From the NCBI GenBank assembly GCA_964629685.1, contig CAZVTT010000001.1, forward strand, positions 385,319 through 449,318: 64,000 nucleotides of DNA, read 5' to 3'. Numbering within the stretch: position 1 is the stretch's first letter; every line of letters begins with the position of its first letter. Position numbers and translations under genes: made by a program. The DNA is from an uncultured Gammaproteobacteria bacterium. Its GTDB lineage: Bacteria > Patescibacteriota > Microgenomatia > UBA10105 > UBA927. This document shows, in pieces, positions 52,066-61,520 of the stretch. The notes below the pieces were generated by a model. It saw only the letters and a list, made by a program, of their open reading frames with translations. It did no database searches and was not told where the DNA came from.

Positions 52066-52554
52066 ATGAGACACGCGTATTTTGGTAAACAATTATCTCG
52101 GACTAAGAATCAACGGACAAGTTTATTCCGGATTATGCTGAAGGACTTATTCCGTCACGGATTTATTAAAACGACCAAGGTGAAAGCCCAGGCAATCCGT
52201 TCTTCTGCTGATAAGCTTATTACCAAAGCTAAAAAAAGCGGAGATAATAGTGCGCGTTTATTGTATGCAGAAATTCCCGATAAGCAGACGGTGTCCCGGA
52301 TAATGGAACTTACGGCAACGGCGTTTGCAAAACGTACCAGTGGTTACACCAGAATGACAAAATTGGGAAGCCGCAGAGGTGATAACGCTGAAGAGGTTAT
52401 TTTGTCGTTTGTAGACGAAATAGTAAAAACGGACGTGGTTAAACCCGCAGAGACTGTTTCTGCAAAGACCACTCCTGTTAAAAAGACTGCGGAAGTAAAA
52501 GTGGAGCCTAAAGTGAAAGCAGCAAAACGTACACGAACTGCTCCCAAAAAATAA
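52066..52554 (+). CDS. rplQ: 50S ribosomal protein L17 with Lys/Ala-rich C-terminal tail
   Basis: MRH...LSR, IKTT, GYTR, RRGDNA. Confidence 0.96.
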   Translation: MRHAYFGKQLSRTKNQRTSLFRIMLKDLFRHGFIKTTKVKAQAIRSSADKLITKAKKSGDNSARLLYAEIPDKQTVSRIMELTATAFAKRTSGYTRMTKLGSRRGDNAEEVILSFVDEIVKTDVVKPAETVSAKTTPVKKTAEVKVEPKVKAAKRTRTAPKK

Positions 52555-52556
52555 CT

Positions 52557-52982
52557 ATGAAACCAGCGACAAAATCAACCAAAGCAGGCGAAATTATTCA
52601 CGGTTGGCATTTAATTGATGCCAAAGATCAAGTATTAGGTCGTGTTGCTACGGATATTGCCCAAAAATTAATGGGAAAACAAAAACCATACTTTGTGCAC
52701 AATCTTGATTGTGGTGATCACGTCGTCGTAATAAATGCAAAATTCGTACGGACTACCGGAAAAAAAGAAAAGAATAAAACGTACGGGAATTATTCCGGAT
52801 TTCCGGGGGGGCTAAAAGAGAAGGCCCTTTGGCAAGTGCGTTTGGAGAAGCCAACGGAACCGGTAAGACATGCTGTATTAGGAATGTTACCGAAGAATAA
52901 ATTACGTGATAGGCTTATGACACGATTGCATATCGTTGAAGAACAAGATCATCAGTATAAAGAACATTTTACTCAAAAATAA
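52557..52982 (+). CDS. rplM: 50S ribosomal protein L13
   Basis: WHLIDA, LGRVAT, DCGDHVVVINA, GMLPKN. Confidence 0.98.
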   Translation: MKPATKSTKAGEIIHGWHLIDAKDQVLGRVATDIAQKLMGKQKPYFVHNLDCGDHVVVINAKFVRTTGKKEKNKTYGNYSGFPGGLKEKALWQVRLEKPTEPVRHAVLGMLPKNKLRDRLMTRLHIVEEQDHQYKEHFTQK

Positions 52983-52983
52983 T

Positions 52984-53475
52984 ATGGTGAAAACAGTCCC
53001 GCCAGTTGAACAACCTGTCGTCGAAAAAGTAAAAGAAGCCGGTATATCCTACTATGAATCAGTAGGCCGTCGAAAAGAATCGACAGCGCGGGTTCGTTTA
53101 TATGTAGTAAAAGAAACATCTGTGACCGTTAAGGGACGAGCCCTTGATAAAGGAAGTATTGTTGTAAACAATAAACCGATTGAAGAATATTTTCCGGGAG
53201 AAATATCTAAAAAAATGTATCTGGAACCATTCAGAACAACAAATACACTAAATCGATTTGGCGTAAGTATAGTCTGCACAGGTGGTGGACTTGCCGGTCA
53301 GCTCGGTGCAGTACTTCACGGAATTGCCCGTGCATTAGTAAAAGTTGATAATGAAAAATTCCGGCCTATCTTAAAGAAACGCGGTTTTCTTACCCGTGAT
53401 CCTCGAGCCAAACAACGACGCAAAGCAGGGTTTGCCGGCAAATCACGCGCACGGAAACAAAGTCCAAAGCGTTAG
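52984..53475 (+). CDS. rpsI: 30S ribosomal protein S9
   Basis: GRRKESTARV, GGGLAGQ, LTRDPR, QSPKR. Confidence 0.97.
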   Translation: MVKTVPPVEQPVVEKVKEAGISYYESVGRRKESTARVRLYVVKETSVTVKGRALDKGSIVVNNKPIEEYFPGEISKKMYLEPFRTTNTLNRFGVSIVCTGGGLAGQLGAVLHGIARALVKVDNEKFRPILKKRGFLTRDPRAKQRRKAGFAGKSRARKQSPKR

Positions 53476-53490
53476 TCTCTTGCTCCTGGC

Positions 53491-53520
53491 TTGACACGTT
53501 GTTCATAGTATCTGTAGCAT
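53491..53520 (+). promoter_or_regulatory. sigma70-type promoter of SPFH gene
   Basis: TTGACA(53491-53496)-18 nt-TAGCAT(53515-53520), 9 nt before the ATG. Confidence 0.45.
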
Positions 53521-53529
53521 ACGGATAGT

Positions 53530-54381
53530 ATGGCGAGTGCGAATATACCTTCTATAAATTTACCCTCATTCAAGCTTGTTCTGTGGATTGCTGGACTTAT
53601 CGCAGTAATAATCTTTTTGCGGGCTTTACTCATCTTTGTTCCTGCAGGACACGTAGGAGTAGTCTATGACATGGGGCGTGGAGTGCTTCCCGGTACTTTG
53701 CACGAAGGGATGAATGTAGCCATACCGTTTTGGCAACGGATAGTTCTATTGGACACCAGAATTCAGGAATATACCATGGCGGCTGTTCCAGACGAGGGGG
53801 CTTTATTCCGGGATGATTCGCTGGATGCTCCTACCAGCGATGGTCAACAGGTAAAAGTGGATGCAACCGTGTTGTTTAGGATTGATAAAGAAAAAGCACC
53901 TGACATATATAGAACAATCGGGTTGGATTATATAAATAAAATTATCCGTCCGTTTACCAGAAGTCAGATTCGCATGGTAATCAGTCGCTATTCCGCTCCG
54001 GCTATTTATTCCGAGAAGCGACAGGAAGCGGAAACGGTGATGACCCAGGAATTAGCACAACTTATGGCAGATAAGTATATATTGGTAGACAAAGTACTGT
54101 TACGGGCTGTATATTTTTCCCCTGAATATTCTAAGGCAATAGAAGAAAAAGTTATTGCCGAACAGCGGGTAAAGCAGGCGGAGTTTGAAGTAAAAGAGGC
54201 TTCACAACGGGCACAGTCAAAAATTGCTGAAGCAAAAGGGTTGGCGGAGGCTCAATCGTTGCAAAAAGCTTCGTTAACGCCGGAATTTATTCAGCTGGAA
54301 GCAATTAAAAAGTGGGACGGCAAAATGCCACAGGTTGCAGGTTCCGGTTCATTGCCCTTCATTAACATTCCGTTGAAGTAG
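53530..54381 (+). CDS. SPFH/prohibitin family protein
   Basis: N-terminal TM, VPAGHVGV, AIEEKVIAEQ, EAKGLAEA, KWDGKMP. Confidence 0.92.
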   Translation: MASANIPSINLPSFKLVLWIAGLIAVIIFLRALLIFVPAGHVGVVYDMGRGVLPGTLHEGMNVAIPFWQRIVLLDTRIQEYTMAAVPDEGALFRDDSLDAPTSDGQQVKVDATVLFRIDKEKAPDIYRTIGLDYINKIIRPFTRSQIRMVISRYSAPAIYSEKRQEAETVMTQELAQLMADKYILVDKVLLRAVYFSPEYSKAIEEKVIAEQRVKQAEFEVKEASQRAQSKIAEAKGLAEAQSLQKASLTPEFIQLEAIKKWDGKMPQVAGSGSLPFINIPLK

Positions 54382-54483
54382 TTAACGTTTACAATACTGG
54401 GTATTTACCCCGTACCTTGCAGTATCCTATTTACTATGCCCTAACGTTCTGGATAGTGTATTATAGTGACGTTCGGGTTCAAA

Positions 54484-56163
54484 ATGAAACTTAGAATCAA
54501 GGAATTATTCACATCCGTCGGACCGCTTTGGGTTAGTATTTGCCTAGTCGGTGTCCTGTTATTTAGTTATTTCTTACGGATATATCACTTGGGTAGTTTG
54601 CCCTATGGATATTACGAGGAAGAAATGACGAATACCTATGTAGGTCGTTTTATTTTCTTAAATGGGAAAGACTTATACGGCAATACATTTCCACTGCTCT
54701 ATTTTGATAAATTCGGAGATTATCCCCCAATACTTCCTCTATATATTTCCGGAGCAGCTACATTCTTTTTCGGTATAAATGAGTTTGCAGGAAGGTTCCC
54801 CGTAGCATTATTGGGTGTATTAACAAGTATTCCTTTATTTTTTCTTGCCAGAAGGTTTTATCGTTCAAATATTGCCGGACTTATAGCCGCGATAATTTTA
54901 AGTACGGCACCCTGGCATGTTGTTTTATCCCGGACTACTGCTGAGGGCATAATCGGATTGTTTACCTATGTTTCAGGGATAGTATTCAGTATTACCGGTA
55001 TTGAAGAAAAACGCCGTTCCCATATCGTCGTTGGTTCATGCTTATTCGTATTAGGCTATTTCTTATACCCGTCTTTGCGCATCTTGACACCGTTAACTAT
55101 CGTCCCGCTGGTGCTTATAAGTTGGAAATCGTTAAGAGTCAGGTATTTGGTACTGGCAGGATTGATCATAACGTCTCTCATGACATTGTATATAGCGAGT
55201 ACTCCTTGGGGACGTGCCAGATTTATGCAAACGTCTTTGTTTTCGAGTCCGGAAACGGCACAAACTATCAGGACCAGAAATGAGTTATTAAGTAATGGGG
55301 ATGGTCCGAACAATATCACAATCGCCAGAATGTTTCATAATAAGATTATCGGGTATACGCGTGAGTTTGCATATCAGTATGTAAGTTATTTTTCTCCGAA
55401 ACATCTGTTTCTTTCTGCAGACGGACAGTATCGGTATTACAATGTTCCGGATCAGGGATTATTTCTGTTAACAACACTACCGTTGCTTATTGCTGCTTTG
55501 TTACGGCGTAAACGGAATAGCCCTTGGCTGTGGTATACGGTATACCTATTGCTCATTACACCAATTCCCGCAGCGATTACGGTTGACTTTGTTCCTCATG
55601 TGCACAGGGCAATATTTATGTTGGTTCCGCTGATCCTCTTAATGTCTGCAGGTTCGGTTAATATCCTGCAGTATGCTAAAGGAAAAAGTGTTTATATACT
55701 TTGCGCCGTATTTTTAGCCGCACTTGCTTTGGAGTCGACATATTTTTGGCATCAGTACAGTTATCACGCTGACGCTCATCAAAGTTTATTGAGGAATGAC
55801 GGAGACAGGGAAATGATTCAAACTGTTATACAAAGACGATCGAATTATGCACGGGTAATTGTGCCTGTTTTTGAACGGTTACCACTATATTACTTGTTTT
55901 ATACGAATAACTTTGATGCTGGTCTTATCGGACGATTTAAATCGGAGTTACGGTTAGATGAAGTGGACAATATAACGTTTTTTAATGACTGGTGTCCTAC
56001 AAAACTACTTGATCCAAAGACCCTATCACAGGATACGCTTTTGATTGATAATTCTCCTTGTGGATTGGCTCCGGGGTATAAAGAAGTTTTGGTTCAATAC
56101 CGTAAAGACGGTACTCAGTCTTATCGGTATTACACACCTGATCCGTCGGGAATGAAACTCTAA
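54484..56163 (+). CDS. GT-C fold membrane glycosyltransferase (ArnT/PMT-like)
   Basis: LRIYHLGSLPYG..EE, GINEFAGRFP, APWHVVLSR, multiple TM helices. Confidence 0.85.
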   Translation: MKLRIKELFTSVGPLWVSICLVGVLLFSYFLRIYHLGSLPYGYYEEEMTNTYVGRFIFLNGKDLYGNTFPLLYFDKFGDYPPILPLYISGAATFFFGINEFAGRFPVALLGVLTSIPLFFLARRFYRSNIAGLIAAIILSTAPWHVVLSRTTAEGIIGLFTYVSGIVFSITGIEEKRRSHIVVGSCLFVLGYFLYPSLRILTPLTIVPLVLISWKSLRVRYLVLAGLIITSLMTLYIASTPWGRARFMQTSLFSSPETAQTIRTRNELLSNGDGPNNITIARMFHNKIIGYTREFAYQYVSYFSPKHLFLSADGQYRYYNVPDQGLFLLTTLPLLIAALLRRKRNSPWLWYTVYLLLITPIPAAITVDFVPHVHRAIFMLVPLILLMSAGSVNILQYAKGKSVYILCAVFLAALALESTYFWHQYSYHADAHQSLLRNDGDREMIQTVIQRRSNYARVIVPVFERLPLYYLFYTNNFDAGLIGRFKSELRLDEVDNITFFNDWCPTKLLDPKTLSQDTLLIDNSPCGLAPGYKEVLVQYRKDGTQSYRYYTPDPSGMKL

Positions 56164-56199
56164 GCGTAAGAGTAAATTTCTTCAATTTGTTCCCCTGTT

Positions 56200-56227
56200 T
56201 TGACACTTTTTGGTTTTGTGGTACAAT
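56200..56227 (+). promoter_or_regulatory. promoter of T-box leader / arg operon
   Basis: TTGACA(56200-56205)-16 nt-TACAAT(56222-56227) with extended -10 TG. Confidence 0.7.
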
Positions 56228-56239
56228 TACCGGACAAGT

Positions 56240-56471
56240 TAATATGGCGTTGACGGAGAAAGGCTAAGCATAGCGAGGCCCTCGAGCTCCCGAGTCAGTT
56301 TCCGAAAAAATCCGTAAGGAAAGTAAGAAACATTTGAGGTAATTTGATCTCTGTCAAGGCTGACACAGAGGTTTTTATGTAGGTAATCTACAGCAAATTA
56401 CGAAAAAGCGTGGCACCACGGATATATCCGTCGCTTTAATCCTGATAGTTGGATTAAACGGCGGTTTTTTT
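56240..56471 (+). ncRNA. T-box riboswitch (transcriptional)
   Basis: Antiterminator AAAGCG-TGGCACC-ACGGA/TCCGT-CGCTTT (56405-56437) with the 7-nt UGGNACC bulge; overlapping terminator 56428-56471; upstream stems including an AGCGAG box. Confidence 0.85.
56428..56471 (+). terminator. T-box terminator
   Basis: CCGTCG-c-TTTAATCC / GGATTAAA-CGGCGG followed by T7. Confidence 0.85.
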
Positions 56472-56488
56472 GTGGTCAAAGGAGCATT

Positions 56489-57844
56489 ATGAAAACGTTA
56501 TGGGGAAAAAAAATTGATCAATTACATGAAGCTGAACACTATTGTTTTGGCGATACGGCTGTGCTGGATAATCAACTCATTTTTCAGGATGTATTAGGTT
56601 CGCTTGCACACATTCAGATGTTATGTTCAATCGGACTCCTTAGCCGGTTGGAGTATGAACAGCTACAGCGTGGACTAAAGACAATCCTTGCATTACACCA
56701 ACAGGGAAAGTTTGTCGTTTCACCAGATGATGAAGACGTGCACACAAAGGTAGAAGCGTATTTATCCGATACATTAGGAGAAGTTGGTAAGAAGGTACAT
56801 ACGGGGAGGAGCAGAAATGATCAAATATTAACTGATTTACGTTTATATACGAAAGATCAGTTCTTTCGCGTTACGGCCGCATACACGGAATTTATTTCTG
56901 CCTGTATTGCGTTTGCAACAGCCCATGAATGGATACCAATAGTTGGGTATACCCATATGCAACGCGCTATGCCGTCTTCGGTAGGCATGTGGATGGGTAG
57001 CTTTGTCGAGAGCGGATTAGACGATTTATCCATATTGCAGTCACTATATTTACTGAATGACCAGTCTCCCTTGGGTACCGGCGCAGCCTATGGGGTACCA
57101 CTGCCGTTAGACAGACAGTTAACTGCCACATTATTAGGGTTTACTGCGGTACAGAATAATTCTTTGTACGCTCAATGTTCCAGAGGGAAAAGTCATGCCG
57201 CGGTACTACACGGTCTGACGCAGGTAATGTTAACTCTTTCCAGATTGGCACAGGATCTTTTGTTGTTTACGACGGCAGAGTTTAATTTTTTTAGCGTAGG
57301 CAAAGATTTATGTACCGGTTCCAGTATCATGCCACAAAAAAATAATTTGGATGTAATGGAGTTCGTCCGGGCCCGCACGCATCAGGTTATTGCTCATGAA
57401 CAATCGGTTTTGGCTATGATTGCCGGACTACCTTCGGGATATAACGCTGATTTCGGAGAAACGAAGTATCCCCTCATCAAAGCGTTTGAGGTTGTACTCG
57501 GTTCTCTTCGGATTTGCACTTTGACGGTTAATTCATTGCAGTGTAATCCTGATGGATTACATAATAGTCTTTCGCCTGAAATATTTTCGACACAGGCAGC
57601 GTACGAGTTAGTAAAAAGCGGTATGCCGTTTAGGGATGCATACAAAAAGATAGGAGATTCACTCACGGAACTACCTGAATTTGATGCGGCCTCGTCATTG
57701 CGTTTATCTACCCATATGGGCGGAACTGCGAATTTGAGACTTTCGGATTTATCAGAAAAATTAATACAAGAGAAAAAATGGTGGAATAAGAAACAATCTA
57801 CGTATAAAAAAGCAATCGTTTCACTCGGAGGGCAGTTTGTATGA
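56489..57844 (+). CDS. argH: argininosuccinate lyase
   Basis: EDVH, HTGRSRNDQ, GYTHMQRA, GSSIMPQKNNLD; AAAGGAG SD. Confidence 0.96.
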   Translation: MKTLWGKKIDQLHEAEHYCFGDTAVLDNQLIFQDVLGSLAHIQMLCSIGLLSRLEYEQLQRGLKTILALHQQGKFVVSPDDEDVHTKVEAYLSDTLGEVGKKVHTGRSRNDQILTDLRLYTKDQFFRVTAAYTEFISACIAFATAHEWIPIVGYTHMQRAMPSSVGMWMGSFVESGLDDLSILQSLYLLNDQSPLGTGAAYGVPLPLDRQLTATLLGFTAVQNNSLYAQCSRGKSHAAVLHGLTQVMLTLSRLAQDLLLFTTAEFNFFSVGKDLCTGSSIMPQKNNLDVMEFVRARTHQVIAHEQSVLAMIAGLPSGYNADFGETKYPLIKAFEVVLGSLRICTLTVNSLQCNPDGLHNSLSPEIFSTQAAYELVKSGMPFRDAYKKIGDSLTELPEFDAASSLRLSTHMGGTANLRLSDLSEKLIQEKKWWNKKQSTYKKAIVSLGGQFV

Positions 57845-58317
57845 ACGCTTCGGTTGAATGTTTACCTTTACGTGTTACGGATTTTAATCGCGCTTATACG
57901 ATCTGGAAAAAAGCCGGATTAGTGTTGGCTGATTACGCCAGGGAACGGTATGAATTTTCGATGATTCTTGAGCGGAATCCGGAAATTTGTTTGGCTGCTT
58001 ATGTTAACGGCACTATGGTCGGATGTATATTGGGTGCGTTTAATGGCAAACGTGCTTGGATATATCATTTGGCGGTTCTTCCTGAGTATCAAGGGAAAAA
58101 CGTGGGGTCGCTACTGGTACAGCAGGTAGAAACTGAGCTTCGTGATAAGGGTGTAACGAAATTACTGTTGAGTGTAGCCGTAACGAATTTAAAGGTAGTT
58201 CCTTTTTATGAACGTCAGGGGTATTCCGTAATGCCGAATTCAATATTGTTGGAAAAGGATGTATATAGTGGTCAATCCATTGTGAAAGGAGGTGAAATGT
58301 ATGCAAATTCAAACTGA
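57841..58317 (+). CDS. GNAT family N-acetyltransferase (YpeA-like)
   Basis: RAWIYHLAVLPEYQGKNVGSLL, FYERQGY; ATGA overlap with argH. Confidence 0.88.
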   Translation: MNASVECLPLRVTDFNRAYTIWKKAGLVLADYARERYEFSMILERNPEICLAAYVNGTMVGCILGAFNGKRAWIYHLAVLPEYQGKNVGSLLVQQVETELRDKGVTKLLLSVAVTNLKVVPFYERQGYSVMPNSILLEKDVYSGQSIVKGGEMYANSN

Positions 58318-59551
58318 TTATATAAAGGTCAGTTCATATGAAGCAAAAGTTGGTGAGGTAAAAAAAGTATTACTGTTGTATTCCGGCGGATTAGACACCA
58401 GCGTGATGTTGAAATGGATACAGGAAAAATATCACGCGGATGTTGTCGCGTTAACCCTTGATTTAGGTCAACAACATGATGATTTGGAGGCTATAAAACG
58501 TAAGGCTTTAACATTCGGTGCCAGTAAAGCGATAACTCTTGATGTAAAGCATGAATTTGCCGATGACTTTATTGCGAAAGGAATTTTAGCGAATTGTTCG
58601 TATCAGGGTGATTATCATCTTTCTACTCCTATAGGTAGAGCCCTACTTGCCAAAAAAGCCGTTGAAATCGCAGCACAGGAGCATGTTGATTGCATTGCAC
58701 ATGGATGTACGGGCAAAGGGAATGACCAGGTAAGAATAGAAGGATATGCTTTAACGCTTAATCCAAAACTAAAAATTATCGCACCTGTGCGTGAATGGAA
58801 AATGGATAGAAATGACGAAATTATCTACGCAGAACAGCACGGTATACCTGTCCCCGCATCCATCGCGTTTCCGTATAGCGTTGACGATAACATGTGGGGT
58901 ATGACGTGGGAAGGTGGTGAAATTGAAGAACCGGATGTTATTTCTCCCATAGAAAAGTTTTTAACAACATATACGTTAGCAAAAAATGCACCGGACAAGG
59001 AATCATTTGTGACACTGTCTTTCTCACACGGTCTTCCCGTAGCCTTGAACGGTAAAAGAATGAAGTTAGCGTCTCTTATTCTTGCCTTAAATATATTGGC
59101 AGGGAAATATGGGGTAGGCGTGGTGCAAATGTTTGAAGACAGACTTGTGGGACTTAAGAACGGTGGAGTATATGAACTTCCTGGAGCACATGTAATTATC
59201 GAAGCGCATAAGGCGTTGGAGAAATATGTATCTACCAGGCTGCTCAATGAACTAAAAGCTCAGTTGGATATTAAATGGGGTTATCTTTGTTATGGAGCTC
59301 TTTGGTTTGATCCGGTAATGAACGCGATTAATGCTTTCAATGAAACGGTTAATACAAATGTGACTGGAGATGTGGTGGTGAAATTGTACAAAGGGAGTAC
59401 GACGGTAGTGTCTTTAAACTCTCCCTTCGGGTTAGACCATACGTCCTTTTCTAATACCGAAGGTTATGGTTTTAATGTGAATGCGAGTGCCGGATTCACT
59501 GAAATATATTCTTTACAGATGAAGTTGGCTAACCAAATTGCTGCAAAATGA
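58301..59551 (+). CDS. argG: argininosuccinate synthase
   Basis: LYSGGLDTS, HGCTGKGNDQVR, YSVDDNMW, EDRLVGLK; GAAAGGAGGTGA SD before ATG 58301. Confidence 0.97.
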   Translation: MQIQTDYIKVSSYEAKVGEVKKVLLLYSGGLDTSVMLKWIQEKYHADVVALTLDLGQQHDDLEAIKRKALTFGASKAITLDVKHEFADDFIAKGILANCSYQGDYHLSTPIGRALLAKKAVEIAAQEHVDCIAHGCTGKGNDQVRIEGYALTLNPKLKIIAPVREWKMDRNDEIIYAEQHGIPVPASIAFPYSVDDNMWGMTWEGGEIEEPDVISPIEKFLTTYTLAKNAPDKESFVTLSFSHGLPVALNGKRMKLASLILALNILAGKYGVGVVQMFEDRLVGLKNGGVYELPGAHVIIEAHKALEKYVSTRLLNELKAQLDIKWGYLCYGALWFDPVMNAINAFNETVNTNVTGDVVVKLYKGSTTVVSLNSPFGLDHTSFSNTEGYGFNVNASAGFTEIYSLQMKLANQIAAK

Positions 59552-59559
59552 CGAAACGT

Positions 59560-59585
59560 GGGGGAGTAGGAGCTCATACTCCCCC
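59560..59585. terminator. GC-rich hairpin between convergent argG and tRNA-Pro
   Basis: GGGGGAGTA-8 nt-TACTCCCCC. Confidence 0.6.
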
Positions 59586-59592
59586 TGTCATC

Positions 59593-59669
59593 TGGTCGGG
59601 GTGGGCAGACTTGAACTGCCAACCTTTCGCACCCCATGCGAATGCGCTAGCCAATTGCGCTACACCCCG
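59593..59669 (-). tRNA. tRNA-Pro (GGG), encoded CCA
   Basis: Reverse complement folds as CGGGGTG/CACCCCG acceptor, GCGC D-stem, TTCGC-ATGGGGT-GCGAA anticodon arm, GGCAG-TTCAAGT-CTGCC T arm, ending ACCA. Confidence 0.97.
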
Positions 59670-59782
59670 AGGGTACTTTTTCCAGACGTTTTTAAATGTC
59701 TGTGAAAGTAGCTTGTATTCTACCATTATTTATGGAAGAATGGCACTAACTTTGATGCTATAGGTACGAAAGGAGTCCGTGT

Positions 59783-60820
59783 ATGGCTGCTGATGCAAAA
59801 TTACAAGCGATTCGCTTGGCGATGGAACAGATAGAAAAACAATATGGGAAAGGTTCCATCATGCGGTTGGGTGAAAAATCCGGAAAGACTGCAATAGATA
59901 TTGTTCCCACCGGTGTACTTCCTCTGGATTTAGCGTTAGGTGTGGGCGGAGTTCCCTGCGGGAGAATTGTGGAAATTTATGGACCGGAAGCATCCGGAAA
60001 AACGACAGTCTGTTTATCAACGATTGCTGAGGCACAAAAAACCGGTGGAGTGGCTGCTTTTATAGATGCAGAGCATGCCCTTGATCCTCAATGGGCAGAG
60101 AAATTAGGGGTAAAATTAGATGATCTTCTTATCTCCCAGCCGGATACAGGCGAACAGGCATTGGAAATCGCCGAAACGTTAATCCGTAGCGGGGGTGTAG
60201 ATGTGATTGTTGTAGATTCCGTTGCGGCACTTGTTCCGCGTGCTGAAATAGAAGGCGAGATGGGTGATTCTACCATGGGATTGCAGGCAAGATTAATGTC
60301 TCAGGCGTTACGAAAGCTTACAGCGGTTATTTCTAAATCAAAAACGGTTGTCATTTTTACTAATCAGTTGCGGCAGAAAATAGGCGTGATGTTCGGTAAC
60401 CCGGAGACGACTCCCGGTGGATTAGCCATGAAGTTTTATGCCAGCATCCGGATGGATTCGCGGAAAATAGAGACGTTAAAAGAAGGCGATAAAGTTATCG
60501 GTAGCCGACATAGAGTGCGTATCGTAAAAAACAAAGTTTCACCACCTTTTCGTGTGGCTGAGTATGACGTGATGCATGATGGTATCTCTAAAGAAGGGGC
60601 GTTGCTAGATGTCGGAATTGAATTTAACATCCTGACAAAGTCCGGTGCATTTATTAAGTATGGTGGACAAACAATCGGCCAGGGACGGGAAGCTACAAAA
60701 ATGTATCTCAAGGAAAATCCGAAGGTGGCAAAGGAAATTTCCGAACAGATATGGAAAATAGTACGTTCAGGACAAGCACAACCTAAAGTCGCATTGGGCG
60801 CACAGGAAACTGAAGATTAA
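59783..60820 (+). CDS. recA: recombinase RecA
   Basis: [39 protein letters not shown]. Confidence 0.99.
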   Translation: MAADAKLQAIRLAMEQIEKQYGKGSIMRLGEKSGKTAIDIVPTGVLPLDLALGVGGVPCGRIVEIYGPEASGKTTVCLSTIAEAQKTGGVAAFIDAEHALDPQWAEKLGVKLDDLLISQPDTGEQALEIAETLIRSGGVDVIVVDSVAALVPRAEIEGEMGDSTMGLQARLMSQALRKLTAVISKSKTVVIFTNQLRQKIGVMFGNPETTPGGLAMKFYASIRMDSRKIETLKEGDKVIGSRHRVRIVKNKVSPPFRVAEYDVMHDGISKEGALLDVGIEFNILTKSGAFIKYGGQTIGQGREATKMYLKENPKVAKEISEQIWKIVRSGQAQPKVALGAQETED

Positions 60821-60828
60821 TTGATATC

Positions 60829-61332
60829 ATGCCCGTGGATGATGTGTATCATCAGTTGATGCCTGCCGGATTACGGTTCATGTCGCTTCGCCCCAGAAGT
60901 GAGCATGAGTTTGTTCAGTTTCTGCAGAAAACCATTAAACGGAAGAATATGGATGTGAGTGAGGATATTCTTCCGAGAATACTTTCCCGCGTTAAAGAAT
61001 TAGGATACCTGGACGATAAAAAATTTGTAACCTGGTGGATCGAGCAGCGCGACACGCATAAACCCAAATCGTTTCGGGTATTGAAAAGAGAGTTACAGCA
61101 AAAAGGAATAGATTCGGCGTTGATTGAAGAAATTCAAACAACCTTGGCCCAAAACGAAACCGGACATTCCGAGTTGGAACGTGCAAGATCTGCCGTACGG
61201 AATAAACTGAGACTATGGGAACATTTACCGTTTATAGACCGCAAAAAGAAACTTTTTGGGTTTTTAGGAAGCCGTGGATTTTCTCACGAAATTAGTTACA
61301 CCTTGGTTGACGAACTGCTGAGAAAAGACTAA
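60829..61332 (+). CDS. recX: regulatory protein RecX
   Basis: LRPRSEHE, GYLDDKKF, ELQQKGI, LGSRGFS; directly downstream of recA. Confidence 0.9.
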   Translation: MPVDDVYHQLMPAGLRFMSLRPRSEHEFVQFLQKTIKRKNMDVSEDILPRILSRVKELGYLDDKKFVTWWIEQRDTHKPKSFRVLKRELQQKGIDSALIEEIQTTLAQNETGHSELERARSAVRNKLRLWEHLPFIDRKKKLFGFLGSRGFSHEISYTLVDELLRKD

Positions 61333-61335
61333 AAT
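61307..61335 (+). promoter_or_regulatory. sigma70 promoter at end of recX
   Basis: TTGACG(61307-61312)-17 nt-TAAAAT(61330-61335). Confidence 0.6.
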
Positions 61336-61345
61336 GAATCGATTG

Positions 61346-61520
61346 TAGGGTAGTAAAACCCAGAAAAGTATCAGACTATAAGATAAAAATATGAATTGCA
61401 TTTCCAAACAGAGCGCTATCAGTCATTGCAGTGGGTTCATTCTGCAAGGCTATTCTTGGTATTTAGCTCGATAATTGCAACTTCTTTTTTACTTCTGTGT
61501 CTTTTTTCGGTTATACCCTA
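61346..61520 (+). ncRNA. candidate structured RNA (6S-like or rny leader)
   Basis: Nested rod-like pairings from TAGGGTA/TACCCTA inward to TTGCAG/CTGCAA; starts just after a promoter. Confidence 0.45.

Noticed and set aside
56200-59669. arg cassette as an integrative element at tRNA-Pro
   Set aside because: No integrase and no duplicated tRNA 3' end found on the cassette side. The 9-nt match TGGTCGGGG at 63633-63641 is on the wrong side and is part of the HU terminator.
59548-59763. 71-aa ORF after argG
   Set aside because: It is the antisense reading of tRNA-Pro plus a hairpin and has no protein features.
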